In this document: piece by piece, positions 9,047 through 17,698 of the stretch
How positions within the stretch are numbered: position 1 is the first letter of the stretch
Layout: every line of letters starts with the position of its first letter
Origin: Bacteroidales bacterium
Lineage (GTDB): Bacteria > Bacteroidota > Bacteroidia > Bacteroidales > UBA932
Length of the DNA stretch: 64,000 bases
Direction: 5' to 3'
Assembly: GCA_024398365.1 (NCBI GenBank)
Contig: JAKSJG010000003.1
Coordinates: 20,960 to 84,959, forward strand
Program-made: the position numbers and the translations under genes
The notes under the pieces: generated by a model
Database searches by the model: none
Seen by the model: only the letters and a program-made list of their open reading frames with translations
Told to the model about the DNA's origin: nothing

Positions 9047-11113
9047 ATGCGACACAATCTCTTAACGTCCCTGACGGCAGTCCTTTTCATTTCTTCCTGC
9101 GCATTCGAGGGAGAAGAACTTATTCCAGTTGAACAGAAGGAAGCTATTACATTAAAGGCTTCCCTGGAATTGCCGGCGGACTTGTCCAGAACTTCGTTGA
9201 ACGATGACGGAAAAGTACTCTGGAGCAAAGGCGATGCCTTCTCACTGCTTTCCTCCACATCCAATGACCGCTTCGACATTGTAGATGGAGCAGGGACGGA
9301 CAATGCCGATTTCAAGGGAACGGTGTCCGGTCCGGCGCCATATTATGCATTATACCCATATTCAGAAAGCTGCAAGGTGGAGGACGGATCCCTGAAATTT
9401 TCCTTGCCGCAGGAGCAGACATTCGTAAACGGCAGCTTCTCCAGCGGAGCGTCACCGGCAGTGGCCGTGCTTCCGTCTTTGAATGACGGTTTGCATTTCA
9501 AGAATCTCTGCGGCATACTGCAGATCAACCTCTGCGGGTCCGGGAAGGTGGCCGGCCTCGAAATTATCAACCTGGACGGCAAGCCGCTCTGGGGCGACTG
9601 CGCGCTCAAGCTCGACGGCAAGCAGGGAACGGACGAACAGACTGTGACCATCAGCGGCGGCAGCAATGTCATCAGGGTGAACTTTGACAAAGTGGTGTCA
9701 CTTCTGAATACGAGTCCCAAGGTCGCCAATATCGTGGTTCCCGCAGGGTCTTTTGACAAAGGATTCTCCGTTAGGATATTTGATGAGAAAGGTGCTGTCA
9801 GGAGCTTCCTGACCGCCCAGAACTCTGCCGTCAAGACAGTAAGGTCGCAGATTAGCATCATGGAAAAGCTCAAGATTCCGGAAAACGGAGAGCCGAAGGA
9901 AGTCCTTGCAAGGGGATATTACGGCGATGTCTTCATGGACGGTTCGGTGGGCGTTTCATCACGCACGACACTGCCTGCCTGCCCTTATACCGGCCTTTCG
10001 CTCGAATATATCGCATCCAGCTCCAGCAACAGTTCAACAGATACCACGATGACCCGCAATATCTTCGGCGGATATGACGATGATCCGAACGGAGTGCTGC
10101 TCTATCCTGACGGAAAGCCGCGTTTCCGCTGCGTATATGTCAACGGCGGCAATGCCCGCAACCATGGCTCCGCTCTGGGTGAAACAGCCCGCAGCCGCTT
10201 CAAGACATACGTTGCCAACGGCGGCAGCTATGTCGGTTCCTGCGCAGGAGCTTATCTTGCCTGCACCGGCACCCACAGCGCCCTCTACAGTGTTTATCTC
10301 GGCATCTATCCCGGCATCTGCACAAATTGCAGCCTCCAGGATTCCTACACTGATATTTTCATCGAGCCGGATTCACCTCTTCTGGATTATTATGATTTCG
10401 GCGGAGATCTCCATGTGGAGCATGTCTATCACAATGGCGGATGCTTTATGTCCGACGACGATCTGATACCGGGCGCGGAAATCCTCTGCCGCTATGATTA
10501 TACCGACCCGGCCCGTCCGGCCAACGGCAAGCCTGTCATCCACCAGCAGGGATGCGCCTGGGCGTACAAGAAAAACGCTACTACCGGCCGCGTCATCCCT
10601 CTCGGATCACACCCTGAAGGTATTGATGAAGGCGAGAGGCGCGATCTGATGGCATCCATCCTGCTTTACGCCATAGATGGCAACGGCGAAGCCAAGTCCA
10701 AGGCAAACCTTTCCAATGGCACTACAAGAAAGCAGACAAACCCATCTTCAACCACACTTGCCGGTATCGGAGACGGTCAGTATCATCATTTCAAAGTGTC
10801 AATCCCTGCAGGCGCGAAGAATTTCAAGCTTGAGATCGCCAGCGAGCTCGCTGATTATGACCTTCATCTTTCCATGCGCAAGGGCGACTTCGCCTGGAGG
10901 AGCGAGGCTGATTTCTGCCTCACACAGAAAGGTTCCACCAAAACACTCGAACTTGACTCAATCGAGGAGGGAGAATGGTATGTCAGCGTATATTGTGCAA
11001 CCCTTCCTACATCCAAGCTTACGGATACCAAGGGCTGCAAATACTATGCATACGAAGGCCTCAATGCCGGTATCAAGGGCGTTCCTTACACTATCAAGGC
11101 AAGCTGGGAATAA
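9047..11113 (+). CDS. Surface lipoprotein: N-terminal beta-sandwich region, GATase1/BPL_N-like Cys-His-Glu domain and PPC-like C-terminal domain (paralog 1)
   Basis: The ORF-track start at 9038 is a TTG. The ATG at 9047 gives MRHNLLTSLTAVLFISSC (lipobox). The core LLYPDGKPRFRCVYVNGG...GGSYVGSCAGAYLA...GSHPEG aligns by eye with the two ORFs at 43513 and 45598. The C-terminus (GDGQYHHFKVSIPAGAKNFKLEI...GEWYVSVYC...GVPYTIKASWE) resembles a pre-peptidase C-terminal domain. Confidence 0.8.
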   Translation: MRHNLLTSLTAVLFISSCAFEGEELIPVEQKEAITLKASLELPADLSRTSLNDDGKVLWSKGDAFSLLSSTSNDRFDIVDGAGTDNADFKGTVSGPAPYYALYPYSESCKVEDGSLKFSLPQEQTFVNGSFSSGASPAVAVLPSLNDGLHFKNLCGILQINLCGSGKVAGLEIINLDGKPLWGDCALKLDGKQGTDEQTVTISGGSNVIRVNFDKVVSLLNTSPKVANIVVPAGSFDKGFSVRIFDEKGAVRSFLTAQNSAVKTVRSQISIMEKLKIPENGEPKEVLARGYYGDVFMDGSVGVSSRTTLPACPYTGLSLEYIASSSSNSSTDTTMTRNIFGGYDDDPNGVLLYPDGKPRFRCVYVNGGNARNHGSALGETARSRFKTYVANGGSYVGSCAGAYLACTGTHSALYSVYLGIYPGICTNCSLQDSYTDIFIEPDSPLLDYYDFGGDLHVEHVYHNGGCFMSDDDLIPGAEILCRYDYTDPARPANGKPVIHQQGCAWAYKKNATTGRVIPLGSHPEGIDEGERRDLMASILLYAIDGNGEAKSKANLSNGTTRKQTNPSSTTLAGIGDGQYHHFKVSIPAGAKNFKLEIASELADYDLHLSMRKGDFAWRSEADFCLTQKGSTKTLELDSIEEGEWYVSVYCATLPTSKLTDTKGCKYYAYEGLNAGIKGVPYTIKASWE

Positions 11114-11145
11114 GCTTGCAGTTGTCCTGAGATAACATTTTTGAT

Positions 11146-12078
11146 ATGAAATACAGATTAGCTCTTTACCTTTTCACTATTATGCTTATTGTTTCCTGCG
11201 GACCCGGCAGGTCGGTGCCTGGAAACAATGGCCGGTCGGCGCTTCGGGCGAATACCGAATGGCCCTACGTTCTCTTTGACGGCGACTTTCCCGATCCGAC
11301 GATTCTGGTTGACGGCAAGGACTATTATATGACTTTCACGTCTCAGAGAGCCGTGCCCGGACTTCCAATCTATCATTCTACGGACATGGTCCACTGGGAG
11401 CAGATCGGCAATGCCTTGAACAGGGAAGTGGGGCAGGTCTGGGCTCCGGATCTCCAGAAGATCAACGGAAAGTACTATATCTATTTCCCTGCAAGTTTCC
11501 AATTATATGTGGTCTATGCCGACAGTATGGAGGGCCCTTGGAGCGAACCGATAGACCTCGGAGTGCGGGCGATCGACCCGGGCTATGCCTCTGACGGCAA
11601 TGGAAAGCAGATTCTCTACGCGAACAATGGAAGGTCGGTTCCGCTTGCCCCTGACGGTCTTTCCGTTGAAGGCCAGCTGAAGCATGCCTACGATGCATGG
11701 CCGATTCCGAAGGATTGGGTCATTGAATGCCGCTGCCTTGAAAGCCCCAAGATATTCAAGCGTGGCGAGTGGTTCTACCTTGTCTCCGCCGAGGGCGGGA
11801 CAAGCGGTCCTGCGACAAGCCATATGGCTGTCGTGCACCGCAGCAGTTCTGTCGAAGGTCCTTGGGAACTTTCCCCATATAATCCGCTCGTCCATACATA
11901 CTCTGCGGACGAGCCATGGTGGTCAAAGGGTCATGGTACAATCTTCCAGGATCATTTCGGAGACTGGTGGATAGTATATCACGCCTATCGCAACGGCCGC
12001 CACGATCTCGGTCGCCATACCCTGATAGAGCCAGTCACCTGGACAAAAGATGGCTGGCCCGTAATAGGAGGAAGATAG
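11146..12078 (+). CDS. Glycoside hydrolase family 43 lipoprotein
   Basis: The lipobox is LIVSCG. The motifs DGDFPDPTILVDGKDYYMTFTS and VWAPDLQKINGKYYIYF match the GH43 five-bladed propeller, including the catalytic Asp region. Confidence 0.85.
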   Translation: MKYRLALYLFTIMLIVSCGPGRSVPGNNGRSALRANTEWPYVLFDGDFPDPTILVDGKDYYMTFTSQRAVPGLPIYHSTDMVHWEQIGNALNREVGQVWAPDLQKINGKYYIYFPASFQLYVVYADSMEGPWSEPIDLGVRAIDPGYASDGNGKQILYANNGRSVPLAPDGLSVEGQLKHAYDAWPIPKDWVIECRCLESPKIFKRGEWFYLVSAEGGTSGPATSHMAVVHRSSSVEGPWELSPYNPLVHTYSADEPWWSKGHGTIFQDHFGDWWIVYHAYRNGRHDLGRHTLIEPVTWTKDGWPVIGGR

Positions 12079-12086
12079 ATACCGGC

Positions 12087-15000
12087 TTATCTGCCGAGCT
12101 GCTCCAGAACTTCCTTGATTGCGGCATCAAGCTGAGGGTCAGCATTTGATACCCTGTCCTTGAAGGTATTCTTCACATATATGTCAGGCTTGACTCCGAT
12201 TGATTCGAGGTCTTCTCCCTGATTGTTGTAGCAGCCCCATGCAGGCAGGCGGCATGAAGAACCGTCAATCATGCTTGCAGCTGATGTGAAGATGATCCAT
12301 CTGTATGTTTCAGTACCCACAATCTTGGCTATTCCAAGGGTCTTTATACCATTGGAAGTCACTTCCGCGTCGCTGAGGCTGTGTTCGTTCACCAGAACGA
12401 CAACAGGCTTGTTGGCAGGCAGGACGTTAGGATGTGTCGTCTTCGGGAAGTCACGGTAGCTCCATTGGAAATGCTGCTGATGACGCAGGAAGTCTATCAC
12501 CTCCTGGTGTACATTGCCGCCGTTGTTGTAACGCAGGTCGAGAATCAGGGCGTCCTTGTTGACGGCATAGGTATGCATGGCTTTCAGGAATTCATCGAGA
12601 TCAGAGGTTCCCATGGCCTTCATGTGCACGTAGGCGATGCGTCCCTTTCCCTTTTCCTCCACTCGTGCCTTGCAGTCCTGTTCCCACTGCTTGTAGCAGA
12701 GTGCCTTGATTGCCTGGAAAGGAGCGGTATGCAGCTTGACGGAATATTCCTTGCCGCCGCGCTCGAAGGTCAGTCTGACTTCCTTCCTGTTGAGAGGAGT
12801 TGAGAAATACATCTCGCGGTTGGCCTTCTTGTCCACCTTGATGCCATCTACGGCAACAAGTACGTCACCCTTGCGTATGTCGATACCGACCTTGTCCGCA
12901 GGGGAGTCCGGCAGAATGGAAGCCACCTTGTAAGGTGAATCATTTTCAAAGTTCACTCCGGTGAGGATGGAACGCATCCTGGTCTCGGTCTTCTCCTCGC
13001 TACCTTCGCTGCTGAAGCCGAGATGCGATGAGTTGAGTTCTCCGAGCATGTCGGAAATGAGGGTGCGCAGCTGCGAGCGGTTGCGTACATACGGAAGCAG
13101 AGATGAATAATAATCGTGGACCGCATTCCAGTCTGTGCCGTGGAATTTGACATCATAGAAATTCTGGTCGAGCACAGCCCAGACCTCGTGGAACATCTGG
13201 CTGAATTCGTCCGAGAGGGACTTGTTGACGTCAGCTGTCACATTGATCGGGGTGGCCGTCAAGGAGTTCGGATCGACCTTGTTGATACCTGACCTGCCTA
13301 TATGATAGAGGTCTGTCTTGGAGCAGAAGAAACTTCCTCCGCTAAGGACTTTGACAGGCTTCGGTTTAGCTTCAGGGTCATTGATATCAAGTGCCATGAC
13401 CTGAATTCCGGCATCTCCGTAAGAGCTGTAGAAGAGCAGTGTCTTGCCCTTGGATTCGAAGATGAAAAGTCCTGACTGGTTGCCGTTGCGCTCCACTTTC
13501 ACGGCTCTGTCAAGGATGTTGTCGTAATCGATCCTGACTAATGAATCCTTCTTTTCCTTCTCCTTTGTGAAGAGTTTGTCATATTCGTCGGAAGCGAATT
13601 TGCTGTCATATTTCCTGAGAGGAAGCTTATAGAGCTGCAGGCTGTTCCCCTTAGGGAATGACGACGAGGTGAGAACGCCTGCGAAGTACATGTATCGGCC
13701 GTCAGGTGAGAATACCATGTCCATTTCGGTGGATGCCGAATGGGTGAGGTTGGTCAGTTTGTCATCCTTGAATGAATATACGTAAATATCAGGCTCGAAG
13801 CGGTCCATGGCGGTGAAGGCCAGGCAACTGTCATCCCATGAGAATGTCATGTCCGAACCACGGAATGACCAGAATTCGGCGTTTGCGAGCTTTGTGACCT
13901 CGTCATTTGCAGTATTGCAGACGGAAACCTTGTCCGTACCGTCCACAAATGCGAGCTTGTCGCCCTTGTGGGACATTGTGAGTGTCCTGATGTTGCAGGA
14001 AGGCTGGTAGATTGCCTTCTCGGAACCGGCATCGGAAGCGTCGATCTTGTACAGGCCGACATATCCGCGGTTGGTCCTGGTATAATAGACAGTCTTGTTG
14101 TCGCCGGCCCATTCCACTTCCTTGACACGTTCGTCGGAAGGGGTTCCGAGCAGCTGGAGATATTTGCCCTTTGCGTCGGAGACGTAGAGGAGGCCGCGTA
14201 TGACGAAAGCCATCTTCTTGCCGTCTGGTGAGACAGCCGCAGCAGTCGGTTTCTGCTTCTCGAAGGAACGGCGCACGTTGTTGTCACCGCAGGCTACGGT
14301 GATGTCAGGCACCGCATCCTTTCCGGTTTTCAGGTTGAGGTAGTGGATCTGATATTCGAGCAGGTAAACAATTGCCGAACCATCCGCAGCAATGCTTGGA
14401 TATTGTACTGACTTGTTGAATTGCGTCAGTTGCTCCGGCTTGCCGGAGGCATTGTATCTTACGATGTTGGATTCCTTGTTGAATTGGTCGGTGACATAGT
14501 AGAGCTTGCCGTTGCGGTCAACCATAGGCCAGGTGTCCTTGCCTTCGTAGTCCGTCAGTTCGCGATACTTTCTGCCCTTTGGATTCCATGCCTTTATATC
14601 AGGGTTGTGGTCGCCCACATATCTCTTTCTTGTCGGGAAATTGATGCTTTCCGCAGATTCGTTGAAATAATACTCTCCCGTCTTTGGATTCTCAACGAGG
14701 TTGACGACGGTTGTGAAGTATCCGTCAAACAATTTTATCGGAGTTCCGCCGTCCACCGATACCTTGAATGTGGTGCGGGTGGCGCTGGCACGGCGTGACT
14801 CGAAGTAGATGTACCTGGAGTCTGCTGACCAGCTTACCGGGAAGTCGCCCGCTTCGTGATATGTGAGCTGACGTGCCTGTCCGCCCTTGACGGGTATGAC
14901 ATACACATCCTGATTGCCGTTTATATCGGATGAGAAGGCGAGATACTTGCCGTCCGGTGACGGAACCGGGTGGTTCTCCTCACCTTTCAGGGAAATGAAG

Positions 15001-15173
15001 CTCATGGCAAGTCCGCCCGTGGACGGGACAGTGAAGATATCGCCGTCATATGCAAAATATATCGTACTGCCATCCGGTGAGAGAGCCGGATGAGCCGCAA
15101 ACCTCAGCGGTTCGGCGGAAAGCGCGCCGGAGAGGACTGTTGCAGAAAGGATAGAGAGGAGAATACGTTTCAT
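12087..15173 (-). CDS. Tricorn-like S41 peptidase (PD40 beta-propellers, PDZ and S41 domains)
   Basis: 1028 aa with a signal peptide and many PD40-type repeats (PDGSTIYFAYDGDIF, SPDGKYLAFSS, SPDGKKMAFV). It has a tricorn C1-like segment (FHEVWAVLDQNFYDVKFHGTDW...MLGELNSSHLGF), a PDZ domain (GIDIRKGDVLVAVDG) and an S41 core (LDLRYNNGGN...VNEHSLSDAE). Confidence 0.85.
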   Translation of the reverse strand: MKRILLSILSATVLSGALSAEPLRFAAHPALSPDGSTIYFAYDGDIFTVPSTGGLAMSFISLKGEENHPVPSPDGKYLAFSSDINGNQDVYVIPVKGGQARQLTYHEAGDFPVSWSADSRYIYFESRRASATRTTFKVSVDGGTPIKLFDGYFTTVVNLVENPKTGEYYFNESAESINFPTRKRYVGDHNPDIKAWNPKGRKYRELTDYEGKDTWPMVDRNGKLYYVTDQFNKESNIVRYNASGKPEQLTQFNKSVQYPSIAADGSAIVYLLEYQIHYLNLKTGKDAVPDITVACGDNNVRRSFEKQKPTAAAVSPDGKKMAFVIRGLLYVSDAKGKYLQLLGTPSDERVKEVEWAGDNKTVYYTRTNRGYVGLYKIDASDAGSEKAIYQPSCNIRTLTMSHKGDKLAFVDGTDKVSVCNTANDEVTKLANAEFWSFRGSDMTFSWDDSCLAFTAMDRFEPDIYVYSFKDDKLTNLTHSASTEMDMVFSPDGRYMYFAGVLTSSSFPKGNSLQLYKLPLRKYDSKFASDEYDKLFTKEKEKKDSLVRIDYDNILDRAVKVERNGNQSGLFIFESKGKTLLFYSSYGDAGIQVMALDINDPEAKPKPVKVLSGGSFFCSKTDLYHIGRSGINKVDPNSLTATPINVTADVNKSLSDEFSQMFHEVWAVLDQNFYDVKFHGTDWNAVHDYYSSLLPYVRNRSQLRTLISDMLGELNSSHLGFSSEGSEEKTETRMRSILTGVNFENDSPYKVASILPDSPADKVGIDIRKGDVLVAVDGIKVDKKANREMYFSTPLNRKEVRLTFERGGKEYSVKLHTAPFQAIKALCYKQWEQDCKARVEEKGKGRIAYVHMKAMGTSDLDEFLKAMHTYAVNKDALILDLRYNNGGNVHQEVIDFLRHQQHFQWSYRDFPKTTHPNVLPANKPVVVLVNEHSLSDAEVTSNGIKTLGIAKIVGTETYRWIIFTSAASMIDGSSCRLPAWGCYNNQGEDLESIGVKPDIYVKNTFKDRVSNADPQLDAAIKEVLEQLGR

Positions 15174-16199
15174 TTATGATGGTTTTTGAATGACTACTAA
15201 TGTTGAATACCATACCTGGCAGGCCTTCAGGGTTTCCTCGCCTGCATAGTATCTGTCCATACCCTTGCGGGTCATGTCAAGATATGTCTTGCCGAGGGAC
15301 CACGGGTCATAGACTTCGAAGTACAGCTTGCTGTCGGTCTGGACAAAACCCTTCACGACAAGGTAATGGCCGCTGCCGGTGCCGGAGGACTGATAGTATT
15401 TGTTGACACGCTGCGTGTTGTTTGAATTGTAAGTGAAATAATACATATCAGGGTTGAGGATGGCTATATTGCCATTGGCGATCTCATTCTTCAGTGTCTC
15501 GGCAGTTGCGAACTGCACCTTCCTGTAGCTGATCTTGTGGGCGGTGAGGAATGCGTCGATATCTTTCGCATACCACCAGCCTCCGGTTGGACTGTATTCC
15601 TCGCGTGCGGCTTCCGCACCTGCCAGATATTCTGGATTGAACCATTTTGCGCACATCGTGGCTGAAGATGGTCCGCAGTTCACGCTGGAATACGTTCCCG
15701 TATCACCCTGGTCAATGTACCAGTTGTATGGTCTGTCATTGCTGACGGTCTGTACAACAGACCCTTCCAGTCCCCATTCGGCAAAGAAATCCTGCTTTGC
15801 CGCGGCGGATTGGGATATGGTTATCTTTTTGGAGGAATCGGGACCGTATTTGAATTCGACAAGGGCTGAGCGGTCCTTTCCTGTGGTGTTGGCGGATATG
15901 TCGAAATTGACATATCCTGATTTGTCATTATGGAGGGTTGAGGTGGAAATCCAGCCTGCGGTTTCAGGGATGACGACGTCATAGGACATGCCGTCCTCTA
16001 TGGACACGTGGACTGCCACCTGACATTCAGGTGAATACCTGTAGAAAAGAGAATTGTCAAGGGTGAAGCCCTTTATGACGGCAGTTGGGGTATTGTCACT
16101 GCCACCCGGGGTATATGGGCTCGGTTTCGGCTCATATGGATCCGCGCAGGAGCACACTGTCAGTGCGATTGCGAGGAAGAGGAGATGAAGGCGTCGCAT
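15174..16199 (-). CDS. Lipoprotein with a BACON-like N-terminal domain and a C39-like cysteine peptidase domain
   Basis: The lipobox is LTVCSC. The BACON-like segment ends ...GKDRSALVEFKYGPDSSKKITISQSA. The papain-like C39_2-type motifs are SVNCGPSSATMCAKW (Cys) and GSGHYLVVKGF (His). The stop abuts the start of the tricorn-like gene. Confidence 0.7.
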   Translation of the reverse strand: MRRLHLLFLAIALTVCSCADPYEPKPSPYTPGGSDNTPTAVIKGFTLDNSLFYRYSPECQVAVHVSIEDGMSYDVVIPETAGWISTSTLHNDKSGYVNFDISANTTGKDRSALVEFKYGPDSSKKITISQSAAAKQDFFAEWGLEGSVVQTVSNDRPYNWYIDQGDTGTYSSVNCGPSSATMCAKWFNPEYLAGAEAAREEYSPTGGWWYAKDIDAFLTAHKISYRKVQFATAETLKNEIANGNIAILNPDMYYFTYNSNNTQRVNKYYQSSGTGSGHYLVVKGFVQTDSKLYFEVYDPWSLGKTYLDMTRKGMDRYYAGEETLKACQVWYSTLVVIQKPS

Positions 16200-16215
16200 A
16201 GTGTTATATTAAAAT

Positions 16216-16246
16216 AACAGGGCCACAGCATCCCTGTGGCCCTGTT
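16216..16246 (-). terminator. 13-bp perfect hairpin between susD-like and the downstream peptidase gene (intra-operon attenuator or terminator)
   Basis: aacagggccacag (16216-16228) pairs with ctgtggccctgtt (16234-16246) around a 5-nt loop. On the minus strand it is followed by the A/T-rich ATTTTAAT. Confidence 0.6.
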
Positions 16247-16257
16247 GAGTTTAGGTA

Positions 16258-17682
16258 CTAGTCGCGGGAATAACCCGGATTCTGCTGCATGTCAGGATTG
16301 AGCTTGAACTGATCCACCGGGATAGGAAGTACGCACTTCTCGTAATTCCAGTCGATGCCGGTCGGTGCACCCACGAGGTGAACGCCGCCTTCACGGTAAA
16401 TTGTCAATCCGTTGCGCAGAGCGTCGAAGTATCTGTGGCCTTCGCCGACGAGTTCCTTCCTTCGCTCCGTAAGTACTCTGTCAAGGTTGAATTCGCTTGC
16501 AGAAACGGTCTTTGCAGGGTTTGCCCTGTTGACGATTGCATTAAGGTATTCCAGACCCTTGGTCTTGTCTCCGCCACCCTTCACTGCAGCCTCTGCTGCG
16601 ATGAGGTAGAGTTCGGAAACTCTGATGACAGGATAGTTGTTGTAAACGGCAGCCTGGTTGTGTGCAGGGCCAGGGTATTTCATGAGCCACCACTGCTGTC
16701 CGCGCTCGTTGGAGATGAGCTTCAGGCGGACATCATTCGGATCCTGCTTGAGCAGATTGACGAAATCGAGGGTGACGATCATGTCTGCATAGCCCCACCA
16801 GTGGTAGAGATATGAGAGGGCGTCCCAGCTTCCGTTGTCACTCTGGCTGTTTGCGATCTCGAAGAGAGATTCTGCGCGGAAAGTGTTGTTAAGGTTGAAC
16901 TGAGCTATGTACTCTGCATTGCCTGCGAGCTTGTAGGAAGTGCCCTTGAGCTCTTCTATGAGCTTGCTTGCCGTGTTATAGGCATCCGTATTCCTGTCAC
17001 AGTACAGATATATCCTTGACAGGAGCGCGCGGGCTGCATACTGGTTGATGCGGCCGTTGTTCTTTGCTGTTGAAAGGAGAGGGATGGCCTTGTTGAACTG
17101 GTCGATGATGAAATCGTAGCACTCGGCAACGGTATTTCTGATCGGGTTTTCGTCAACAGGGAGAACTCGGTCCACGATAGGAACGCCCCAGCTTGCACCC
17201 TTGTCCTTGGAATATGGATAGCCGAAGCATCTTGTCATATCGAAGTGGGCGAGTGCGCGTACGGCATAAGCCTGTCCGAGATAATCGTTCAGGACTTCCT
17301 TCGAGCCGGTGATCTTGCCTGATTCTATGGCGTTGATGATATGGCTTGCCTGACGGATTACATACCATGGACGGCCCCACAATGAACCTGCGTGAAGTCC
17401 GTTGGAGGTGTGAGAGAACATATAGCAGTAGTAAACGTCACGTCCTGACTGATAGAGGCTCTGAACGTCGTCTCCCTTTACGTCACCGTAATAGAAGATG
17501 GCACCGCTGTAGTATCCCGTTGAGGACAGCAGGTCATACAATCCGTTGACAGCATACTGAATGTCTCCTTCAGTATTGAGAGCCGTGTCGGATGTTATGG
17601 AAGTATGAGGATACTCTACAAGGAAGTCCTCGCATGAAGCTGCCATGAAGGCTGCAAAAAGTAATAATGCTATTTTTTTCAT
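16258..17682 (-). CDS. RagB/SusD-family nutrient-binding outer-membrane lipoprotein
   Basis: The start is trimmed to MKKIALLLFAAFMAASCEDF (lipobox). The TPR-like SusD body includes RALLSRIYLY, YLIAAEA, ERRKELVGEGHRYFDALR and LPIP near the C-terminus. It lies directly downstream of SusC. Confidence 0.9.
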   Translation of the reverse strand: MKKIALLLFAAFMAASCEDFLVEYPHTSITSDTALNTEGDIQYAVNGLYDLLSSTGYYSGAIFYYGDVKGDDVQSLYQSGRDVYYCYMFSHTSNGLHAGSLWGRPWYVIRQASHIINAIESGKITGSKEVLNDYLGQAYAVRALAHFDMTRCFGYPYSKDKGASWGVPIVDRVLPVDENPIRNTVAECYDFIIDQFNKAIPLLSTAKNNGRINQYAARALLSRIYLYCDRNTDAYNTASKLIEELKGTSYKLAGNAEYIAQFNLNNTFRAESLFEIANSQSDNGSWDALSYLYHWWGYADMIVTLDFVNLLKQDPNDVRLKLISNERGQQWWLMKYPGPAHNQAAVYNNYPVIRVSELYLIAAEAAVKGGGDKTKGLEYLNAIVNRANPAKTVSASEFNLDRVLTERRKELVGEGHRYFDALRNGLTIYREGGVHLVGAPTGIDWNYEKCVLPIPVDQFKLNPDMQQNPGYSRD

Positions 17683-17698
17683 AGTATGATCCTCCAAA

